The notes below the pieces were generated by a model. That model had not been told where the DNA came from, ran no database searches, and saw only the letters and a program-made list of their open reading frames with translations. DNA of 63,122 bases, filler included, from Kipferlia bialata (taxonomy: Eukaryota): NCBI GenBank assembly GCA_003568945.1. It is 5 parts of 5 records of this genome, joined end to end, with 100 filler letters (N's around TTAATTAATTAA, not from the genome) between each part and the next. Parts side by side here need not be neighbours in the genome. Positions count along the whole stretch, not along the records: positions 1 to 16,184 come from BDIP01000628.1; 4 more parts are not named here. The stretch is one strand, 5' to 3'. Below, piece after piece: positions 1 through 10,300 of this stretch. How positions within the stretch are numbered: the first letter of the stretch is position 1; the number at the start of each line of letters is the position of its first letter. A program made the position numbers and the translations under genes.

Positions 1-44
<44 letters not shown>

Positions 45-63
45 AGAGAGAGAGACAGAGAGT

Positions 64-578
64 ACCTGCCAGTGTGTATGGGTCACTGTTGGGGAACATG
101 AGCTTGGACAGAGTCTGGGCATGGGCGACACCAAACCTACAGAATAAGGGTGTAGGGGGAGAGAGAGAGAGAGAGAGAGAACGTCAGTGACCCTAGAGGA
201 CTCGAACGATTGATAAATAACACGATGTGAAACGGTTAAGACGCCTAGGACTAAAGGTTCACCCGCCGCATCAACACTCCCTCTGCAACATATACGTATC
301 TGCAGAAGGAAAGCGATCTATATTCATTGATAACCTAAATCGCACAATATAGATATTCAAAGTCTGAATATCAATACCTGTACAGGGCCTTGCTCCCCTC
401 GCTAAAGAACACGTCCAATAGCCTGAGGGATACGTCCTTAGGCAGGGCATAGAGGAAGAGGGTGTCGAAGAGGGCCTAGCAATGAGGGTGTAAAGGACGA
501 GAGAGAGAGAGAGAGAGAGAGAGAGGAAGAGGGTGTCGAAGAGGGCCTGACAGTTAGTATATAGTGAGAATAAGTAAT

Positions 579-615
<37 letters not shown>

Positions 616-2265
616 TGCTGAGGCAGGGCATAGAGGAAGAGGGTGTCAAAGAGGGCCTGGTAACTAGTATACAATTTGTATAAGCTATAAGGGTGTAGAG
701 AGAGAGAGAGACATCCAGAGGTAGGGTATAGAGGAATAGGGCACTATGCTAATAATACACAATGTATACATACACAGAAAACTATGAGTGTATAGTATAT
801 ACCTTGTAGCCGACAGAGATTGGGAAGCTCCTCTCGTGGAATGCCTCGACCACATCTGGCACATGCCGCCTCATCAGGTCAACAAAGGTCAAGGAGAAGA
901 GCATGGAGTCCTCCACGGTCAAGGGGAGGTAGTAGCTGGCACCGCTCTGATATGTGAGTGTATGAAGGCAAATTGGGGTATCACTACAAATATAGAGTAC
1001 AGGAGAAGACATATAGTGTATATATCTACATATACATACCTGTCTAATCATGGCCACTATGGTGGCATGTACGTGGCATGGCTCCATGTAGGACAGAAGC
1101 ACAGTGATCAGGGGGAGGATGGCGGGGCAGTACCTGAGGTAAGTATGCATATATAGGCAGAGAGAGAGAGAGAGAGCGAGAGAGAGAGGCAGAAGCACAG
1201 TGATGAGGGGGAGGATGGCAGGGCAGCATCTAGTGTGAGAATGTGTATTAAAGTAGGCAGAGAGAGAGAGAGAGAGAGAGAGAGTACAGTGATCAGAGGT
1301 AGGATGACAGGGCAGAATCTAATATGTGAGAGTATTCAAATTCAGAGAAAGACATGCCTCTGTCAGTCAAGTGTAAATATCCAAAAAAACACCATAAAGT
1401 ACACATACAGACACAGATACAGATATATATGAATATAGATTATATAACCAACCTCAGCTGTGGACACACACTGGCCACACATAGGGAAATGAGGTCCCTT
1501 ATGTGAGAAAAAGGGGGAGGAGAGAGAGAGACATATCAGATTTGAAAGATAGACAGGACATGATATTGACTTCCAAATTGAGCCAGATTGATATCCAAAG
1601 ACAGTGGGACTTTTGAGAGAGAGTATAAATGACGCCTCTGTATACCTGGTCTTCATGTACGGTGTGCTGAGTGTGAACACACAGTATACTCATATACACT
1701 AAATGCAAAATATATACAATACACAATTGTACATGGATACCTAGTCTTCATGTATGGAGTGCTGAGTGTGAACACAGAGTATGGCACATTGCCAAAGGTG
1801 GGACTCAACTGATATCAGACACATACACACTGAGAGAGAGAGAGAGAGCGGGGGAGAGAGAGAGAGAGAGAGTATGGCACATTGCCAAAGGTGGGACTCA
1901 ACTGGGGTCAGAGAGAGAGATAAGTAGAACATACATATTGATATATATAGAGAGAGAGAGAGATAGAGAGAGAGTGAACACAGAGTATGGCACATTGCCA
2001 AAGGGAGGACTCAGCTAGCATTAGAGAGAGAGAGAGAAAAAAAAAAAGAGAGAGTATAGCACACTGTCAAAAGTATACCGTCTGGGTATGTAACAGACAC
2101 CAATATATATACCCATACATATATAGTGGGACGTGAATACCTATACACATATATATATATACATACCTCTGGTGGTATGCCGTCTGGGTATGTGGCAGAC
2201 ACCTTCTCAGCTATGGTATCATAGAGCAGAGGCTCCTTGGCGAAGAGGTCAGCACCGCCAGATAC
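64..2265 (-). CDS. TBC-domain Rab-GAP-like protein, TBC1D24/Skywalker-like (multi-exon, both ends incomplete)
   Basis: Manual GT-AG splicing gives VSGGADLFAKEPLLYDTIAEKVSATYPDGIPPE / LSPTFGNVPYSVFTLSTPYMKT / RDLISLCVASVCPQL / RYCPAILPLITVLLSYMEPCHVHATIVAMIRQ / SGASYYLPLTVEDSMLFSLTFVDLMRRHVPDVVEAFHERSFPISVGYK / ALFDTLFLYALPKDVSLRLLDVFFSEGSKALY / RFGVAHAQTLSK. The YCPxxxxxxxLL and RxxDVFFxEGxKxLYR motifs are typical of TBC1D24-type TBC domains. Confidence 0.78.
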
Positions 2266-2396
2266 CTAGCTTTAGAGAGAGATGGGGGGTTGCAGCTTGG
2301 AGCTTGGGGAGAGAGAGAGTATGGCACATAGCCAAAGGTGGGACTGAGCAAGAGACAGAGAGAGCAAAGGGGGGGGGGGGGGGGGGGGGGGGGAAA

Positions 2397-2440
<44 letters not shown>

Positions 2441-2871
2441 GATACATATATACATAGCGACACTGACATACCCAGTGACTGCACTAGCCTTCCCAGCACC
2501 CTTGGTAGTCACACCCACACTGGGTATGAGCAGGGACATATGAACTACTCAAGGACAAGGAGAGAGAGAGAGAGATGGAGAGAAGAATGAGACAGGGGAG
2601 TTATGTATGTACACAATGTCACTAACACACCTAGGTGCAGCACCCTTCTTGCCAGCACCACTGGGAGCTCTATCCTTCCTAGGGATTAGTAGGAACACAA
2701 GATATACAAGGACAAAGAGAGATAGACCTATTATCCACCAGATATATCCATACATCGTCAAGAAAAGAGTAACATACACTCACATTCTTTCACAGCCACC
2801 CACAGTATCGAACTCGCTGTGCAGAGACAGCAATGGGGCGACAATGAATAAGAAGTAGTAGCAGGTCGCGA

Positions 2872-3177
2872 TTCAAAGAGGTAGTCTTTTTGCCCACACA
2901 TGAAAAGGGTCCACAAAGCGATGAAATTATTCTGCAGATGTTGCTCTCTCAACGAACATGAATCGACACCGTCACACAGGATACAGCGTCACTGTTCACA
3001 TACACTTAATTTTCATCATTAGTAGGACATACAACCACACCATACCAATCCTTTAAAATCTATTGTAACGAACTACACAGTAAGTAGTACGACAGTGACA
3101 CACATAAACAACAATATCATCCAACCCTCGCATCGTTTTCATATCAGAATACTGGCAATGATGATGCGGATCTCAAC
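2872..3177 (+). repeat. Direct repeat copy 1 (about 310 bp), diverged duplicate of 3707-4027
   Basis: Colinear with copy 2 from ttcaaagag..gtagtctttttgccca to gatgcggatctcaac, with scattered substitutions and small indels. Confidence 0.92.
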
Positions 3178-3558
3178 ATGGAGGGAACATACAACACTGA
3201 CTACATATACTATATATATTAACTACCAGTCTGGGTGGTATATCTCCACTGCATTGTTTACAATGTCCAGTGTCTCTCTCAACCGTGACCGCTCCTCTGA
3301 GGAGTCTGTTTCCTCTACGAAGCTGCAGATGCCTGCCTCACATAGAGGGTGAAGGGGTTCACGTAAGCGTCTCCTGGCACGACGCTCAGCATGACGCTCG
3401 GCACGGGTCATCTGGACACCACCTGACCTCACATATACGTGGGTCAGTCCTTCATCATTGTCACTAGTATGAGGACGTAAAGTAATGAATTGATATATGT
3501 AAATTAGTGTACCTGATGGACAATAGGACCCCGCAGGGGTCCTCGAGTGAATGTTCCT
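3139..3558 (-). CDS. Hypothetical multi-exon gene fragment between the two repeat copies (5' end unresolved)
   Basis: Spliced frame EHSLEDPCGVLLSI / SDNDEGLTHVYVRSGGVQMTRAERHAERRARRRLREPLHPLCEAGICSFVEETDSSEERSRLRETLDIVNNAVEIYHPD / CVVCSLHVEIRIIIASILI* with GT-AG junctions. No family recognised. Confidence 0.4.
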
Positions 3559-3706
3559 CTGTATCATTGGTTGTCATGTAATAGTATGAATGTAAAGGGG
3601 GCTATAAAGGTTACATACCATGGGTACATATATATATGATGTGAATCTGGTACAAAGGTATGATGATGTTGTCAGTTACACCAAGAATGTATCAGTATCT
3701 ATCAAA

Positions 3707-4027
3707 TTCAAAGAGTCAGTAAAGAGTAGTCTTTTTGCCCACCCATGAAAGGGGTCCATAAAGTGATGAAATTATTTTGCAGACGTTGCTATCTCAGCGA
3801 ACACGACTCGACACCATCCCACAGGATACAGATGCAGCGTTACTGTTCACAGATACTATATTTCATCATTAGCAGGACATACAACCACACCATACCATTC
3901 CTTTAAAGTCTATTGTAACGAACTACACAGTAAGTAGTACGACCGTGACACACATAAACAACACTATCATCCAACACTCGCATCGTTTTCATATCAGAAT
4001 ACTGGCAATGCTGATGCGGATCTCAAC
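3707..4027 (+). repeat. Direct repeat copy 2; candidate Helitron left-terminal sequence overlapping the 3' end of the RPA70-like gene
   Basis: Near-identical to 2872-3177 and immediately follows the candidate TC terminus at 3698. Confidence 0.9.
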
Positions 4028-4859
4028 CTTTGCACTGCGCCTCCCCTGAACAAGCATGGGGTTAGAGGATATATAATACAAACACAGGGAACACAACGAA
4101 TAGGTTTCATATTAACCATATATATATATGTATACATAGATAGATACACGTATACATATACATACTACCTACACAACCCAATGAAGCGGTACCACCTCCC
4201 ATCCTTACCACCAAGGTAAGCGGCCCGCTGTGTGTCGTCATAGGCAGACAACACACTGGCAGATAGTCCTATTGGTCATTCAGAGATCAGACACCTTACA
4301 GTATACTACGATACCCTGACAGATACACCTTTTCTGACATCATTACCTACTACAAGACTGGCGGCCGCATCCTCCAATACGACACCGAGTGGGCCACCCT
4401 CCCGTGAGTGACAATCCAGGCTCATCTTGTATCTTATGTGAGCATCCATATATGTCAAAAGTATTAGAACAATTACAACATAACACACCGTAACACATTG
4501 ACATATAAACACATATTACCTGGTTGCAACACGGGTGCCATGCTCACACCTCTCATAGTATGGAACCCCACCACTGGCAACCTCTCCGTTGCATTGGGTA
4601 CAAAGCCGACAGAACAATTTTACCCTAAAATTAATTTTAAGTGATATATTAATATGAGGTATATACAAGACATATAGCCACATATTTATACCTATCAGAG
4701 GGGATGGTTGGTACCCTGGCCACAAAACAGAGAGGTATCCCCCCCGATTTAGGAACAGTGGCGACAGTGAACCCAAGAAGATCCTCTAGTGTACTCTCAC
4801 CAGGTCCAAATGGATACTCGGCACGAGCACGCTCTAAATATTGGGAGTCACATATCATC

Positions 4860-4892
<33 letters not shown>

Positions 4893-6851
4893 TTATCAGC
4901 AATATGAATATAAGTCCAGATATATCGACAGTGCCCACACATTCACACTCACCTAGTGCAAGCAGGACACCCAGTCTGATAACACCACCTCTGTCCCCGT
5001 TGTCGTACCACTCACAGAGCCAATCGCTCCGAGTCCTTGTCTCTAGTTTCTGCTCATCTGTAAATGAGCGACTATACATACTATATACACTAAAGATATA
5101 CAGGTACATACTAGAGTCATAGTGAAAGAACCTGACAGAAGGGCATCATCATCACTGATCACAACAGTGTCATTGTCGATCAGTAAGGACCTCCCACTGG
5201 CACCAATCACGTTTACGTTGTGAAGACACACAGGAGACCCAACCTATAGATTAGATACACAATATCATTTCCCAGCACAGTACAAACAGACACACATACA
5301 TACCACTAGATGAGATATGGCGGCGTTGCTCCCAAGGGGCTCGTGAACCAGAACCGACACATCTCCATCGGCTAAAGTCAGTCATACTACAAGCAATCGT
5401 TGTACGTCTACATACACAAACAACGACACAGTATATATATATGTACAGATGTATAATTATACAATATATCGGACTCATATCATATATTAGAGCATATATA
5501 ATACACTGACCTATGACATGCACATATGACCCGTCATACGTGCCAGACGCCCCATGAGTGTTCCCACCAGCGACAATGACTATAATTAGTACGGGATCAC
5601 AGGCAACAATAGTATTAATTTCAACGAATAGCCAGACAACAGTTCCTACACTTACCTACTCCATGGACATCTACCAGGGACCTCTCAGCCACACCAAGGA
5701 GTCCGCGGAAACTGAGTCAGTGTATGTAAGCAGTATTACAAAAATACAAACAACATTACGTAAAGGAGGGTAGCGGCAGTATTACCAATACAATCCAACA
5801 GTGGTTGCACATATACACAGACAGAGACATATAATACCTGGTTACATCGAGCTTCAGAGACGCATCCACCTCGGGCAACTTGTCATGTGCACGAACCATC
5901 TTGGTGCCTCCATCCATCTCCAACTCTAGAGACCCACCTGATATAAAATGACTTAGAGCGGATAATCGTAAAAACCCACATACCAGTGTTGTTGAACAGT
6001 CTTCTGGTCCCATTGACATGTCTGACCCTACATCCAGTCACATAGACAGCACGACCCGGGACCAGGAGACTACCAAATGACTCAAGGAAGTCATTGTAGG
6101 CAATACACTTGGAAATCAAATAAATCAGGTAGAAGAAAGAGAAAGATAGAAATAGAGAGAGAAGAGAGGGAAAGGGGGGAGGGGGGGGGGGGGATATTAC
6201 TAACACTGATACTGAGCCCACACGGACACACCTTGATGTACTCGTTGTGACTGTCCATGGCAACGAAGTTGCACAACCTCCCCCCTGTATCCAATCTACG
6301 GGGGGGGTAGACTACGACCAGCTGAAGTTATATTTGTATGTCAATAGTACACCCGACCAACTCATACATACACATATAGTAACAACAAGTATACCTTCAG
6401 AAGTAATGTGTACTTGGTTCCTACAGCACCAATGTGGAGAGAGTGCAGGGGTCTAATGGCAGCGGGGAAAGTGACAGGCACAACATCAGGCTCTAGAGAC
6501 ACAGCCACCTGGTGATGAATGCAAAGAATAATCATCGCATGACACACATTTGTCAGGTTATACATATGATCGAGTGTACGAAAATTTGCTACTACCCACC
6601 ATACAATACGACTGTGAGAGAGAACCACCAGCAGTCGACCCTTGTGAAAGAAGCGGCTCCACGTGATCCTCGGCGGATGGATCATCAGGAACGCCCTCTG
6701 TGTCTGGAGTAGTCACAGGAGCGTCGATATCTTCACCACAACCCGACTTCTCGGTAACGGGATCGGCAACCCCATCAGCTTGGGACAGGACTTCATGTGA
6801 TTCACCTCCACTATCACTACTCTCGGAGAAGATGTCTTCGAAGGTTCCCAT
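3989..6851 (-). CDS. RPA70/RPA1-like ssDNA-binding protein (three OB folds plus Zn ribbon), about 15 exons, Helitron-associated
   Basis: Exons: 6851-6600, 6508-6395, 6321-6232, 6107-5984, 5937-5838, 5711-5656, 5579-5511, 5371-5304, 5243-5132, 5057-4953, 4833-4692, 4624-4520, 4432-4347, 4268-~4169, 4045-~3989. All junctions are GT-AG and in phase except the last, which is ambiguous. DBD-A-like: IRPLHSL..KYTLLLKLVVVYPPRRLDTGGRLCNFVAMDSHNEYIKCIAYNDFLESFGSLLVPGRAVYVTGCRV..LELEMDGGTKM. DBD-B-like: SLVDVHGVV..VCLHNVNVIGASGRSLLIDNDTVVISD..WLCEWYDNG. DBD-C-like: CTQCNGEV..RCEH..RYKMSLDC..VLEDAAASLVVG. Confidence 0.8.
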
Positions 6852-7331
6852 GCCACAAACAACTACGTTGCAGTGGTAGAAACAGGGATTGCTTCAATGA
6901 TAACATTAGGGGTCACAAAAATTTTTTCATTAGTATAACGATATCTATAAGAATTCATATATCCTTTCCAGGTCTGAGTTCACACCGTGACAGTAGAACC
7001 GGATCAGAAGACATCCCAGAGAGATAGAGACAGAGAAAGAAAGAGAGAGAGAGAGGGAGAGAGAGAGAGAGAGAGAGAAAGAGAGGAGGAGAGAGAGAGA
7101 GAGAGAGAGATTGCCGTCTAGAGAGAAGAGAGGGAAGAACGTAGGCACTCGCAGCGAGTCTATCAGAGGTAACAATGTCATACCTATACATACAATGTCG
7201 TATGCACTAGACGACAGTTTATCAACTGGGACGAGAAGGAAGACATCTTATTCACGAAACAGATTATTACAGAATAGTATACAATTCACTTCACTTATGT
7301 ACTTTCAGGTATCCATCTAATCACAGTTTCC

Positions 7332-10300
7332 ATGTCTCTGTACCAGTTTAGCGTGTACATGCTTGGTACAGAGTTCCCCAAGAGTCGCTTCCGCAGACGA
7401 ATGAGGCGAGGTTACCAACAAGCTTGGGCAAAGCTACACAAGAAGGACCTGTTGTATTTCCACTCAATCTGGGACATATGGCCAGAGAGCACTAACACGA
7501 GTACTCATCCCGATAGTCACATTGGTTCTGAGACAGTCACAGACAGAGTAGGGCCAGGATGTGAATTCAATGAGAGAGGTGTTGACCAATCCCACACTCC
7601 CAGTATGTCATATCAAGAAGGGGATACTAGTACCAACCAGACGACAGAGGATGACCATGCTCAGTCAGAGAGAATTGATGACATTGTCAGGGTAATGTGT
7701 ACACCTACAACTCAGGACAGCACAGAGACACACGATGAGTCAACAATGAAGTCGTACTTATCATGGATACAGACCAAGTACAACCTCCCAGCATTCCCAC
7801 TGGAGAGCGACGTATATATCCAACGGGCACGTGGTCTCCATGCTGATGTATCATCGGCCCATAAGAGATTCATAGAAGACACTGAGATGTGGCAGAAGGC
7901 TGTACAGACAGAGATGGAACAGTCGGAACAGGATACTGCTGATATGAAACGTCATATGCGTGGCGGGAGTGACCGAAGGAGACGCAATGTGCCCAGAAAT
8001 ACTCAGAGGAGGAGACCAAGTCTGAGACGTCTGGCCATGCAGCTGATCAGAAACGCACCTGATCACATCCCCCATCGTCATTCTGAAATGTGGCAAGACA
8101 CTATCCGCAAGATACTGCAGAGTAACCACTTCCTCGACGCAGTGGACATGGAATATGCGCTTAACGTTTACAAGGCTGCATTCAATATTCCAGATCTACA
8201 GCTACCCAGTGACATTGAGAATAGGGGTCTTATTGGATACGGCCCATTCCAAGTGGAACCGGGACTACCACAGATAGTGTTTTATCCTGGCGGCACAAGC
8301 GTAGATGCCATCGGACATTATGTAGTGTTTCAAATGATAGAGAGACTCGGCACACGGAGGGTCATTGTATGGGACTCTCTCAGGGGAACATCATCCAGAC
8401 ACCAGGTGCACACAGCAATGCTGCAGATTTACAACGAGATCCTGGATTACGATGTCATCGTGTATCAAGAACAACCAGACGGAGTGATGTGTGGTTGTTT
8501 TGCACTTGCATGTCTAGTCACACTGATCCGTGGTCAGGTGCCCGGTAGACCCAGTTTCGACCCAGAACAGATGAGAATACACATCGCCAGGTTTATCGCA
8601 GGAGACATTGATCCCAGTGACACTCCTTTCCCGACGCTCCAGATGTCACCTGTACATGCTACAATGATATCAGATATCAGACAGAGCGATGTCAGTGATA
8701 TGTCTCTCCCAGTCCCACTCAATGCACCCCTCTCTTCCACCAGTCCCAATATCACACATAATGAGGACATGGTCTGCCAAATCCCCCAGGAGGTGACAAA
8801 CCCACCCACAAGAGAACGAGAGAGACCAGAGTTATCAGGGACATGGCATTCTTACGACACCCCCATGACGTCTCGTCCGGAGACCATTGATATCACATGT
8901 ACTAATGAATGTCAGGAGGACCCACACACAATCGACATCACACATGACATGGAAGTCATTGAATCAGAGACAACTGATATCCCCGACCCCATCTCACCGA
9001 CACTCACCACCTCTCCACCACAGTCACCTGTGTATGATACATGTGTGTCACCAACCACAACGACTGCGAATAGTCACTCTAAGGTACAGCAATAGACCAG
9101 AGTCAAACCGATGAAATATTTTGCAGCGTTAAAAATATTTCATCGGTTTTATATATTTATAGGTGTCAAGTCCAACCTCATTCAAGAAACACAAGACACA
9201 CAACGTGGACCGCATGTACCAAGAGGCTCTTAGAGACAGGTATTGCGAGCAGGAGTGTAGTGTGTCAGGTGACTCAGAGAGTGAAGAGCAATCAGAGGTG
9301 GAGGACATTGAGGAAGACCCGGACGATGAAACAGTCATCGCAATGTCAGATGTAAACCTATATCGTCAACTGGACCAAGATAACGATTTGTTTCGTACAC
9401 TGGAACAGGACCCAGAGATTGACGATAATGGTGTACCAAGATACAACCCCCTGCCTACCCCGGAGTCGGATAGCGAGAGTGACCCCTCACACAGCACCAC
9501 CCCGAGCGCTGAGAGTTCCGACGATGAACAGACTGCAGACATTAGGCTCCCCTTCTATGAGGTGCCCAGACCAATTACCGGTCGTGACGTACCACTTCCC
9601 CGTAATATCGACGATGACACCATAGGCGTCAGAGTCCAGTCTGAGTACATGGTAGATAGACTTGTTGGCTTTCACAGAGACAGAGAAGATGGAGAGGAAC
9701 TATATGTCCCATATGCCACAGATGACTTCAAGAGGGACATAGAGCTCTATAGAGGTATAGGACTGACCGCAAGTACATTCATTCTGTCTAGACCACGACC
9801 GGAAAGACAGCGGCCACGGCGACGTGGGACACTTAGAACACGTGACACAAATGTTAACGACGACGAGATGGTACCATTATTCCCCCGACACAGTGCAGGC
9901 CACTGCCACTTCAGATGTTTCTTCTGTAGATGCTACATATTCAAGTCTGAGGCTGGATTACTCACTGAGAGAGATAAGAAGACTTTCGTAGAAGTCAGAG
10001 CAGCACAATATGGGACAGACAAGAGAGTCATTTACGGTAAAATATGTTGTAACAAGGGCTGGGTTAAAGTCCCCATACACAACATAACGGGCCTCACACT
10101 AGAGAGACGTAATGCTCTTTACAATATCCCTGGGGCAATGCAGAAGTTACGCATGCTTAACTCCATGGTTGCCTTCACCAGCATATACAGTGAGAACAGA
10201 CTACGGGTCGCAGGACAGGGTATCCCTATACTACAGCGGAATGGTACTCTTAGACACAGACTAGCAGTTGGCCTGGCAAACGCCCCGGACGGATACATTA

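Noticed and set aside
1..40. Poly-G start and poly-C end as telomeres or G-quadruplex elements
   Set aside because: Pure homopolymers at contig ends are typical assembly break points, and no telomeric repeat unit is present.
2549..2779. ORF with an apparent transmembrane N-terminus (MYGYIWWIIGLSLFVLVYLVFLLIP)
   Set aside because: The hydrophobic part lies between a gtgagt donor and a ctaatccctag acceptor, so it is probably intron. I could not splice these exons in frame to the TBC gene, and a poly-G tract at 2368-2439 may mark a mis-join.
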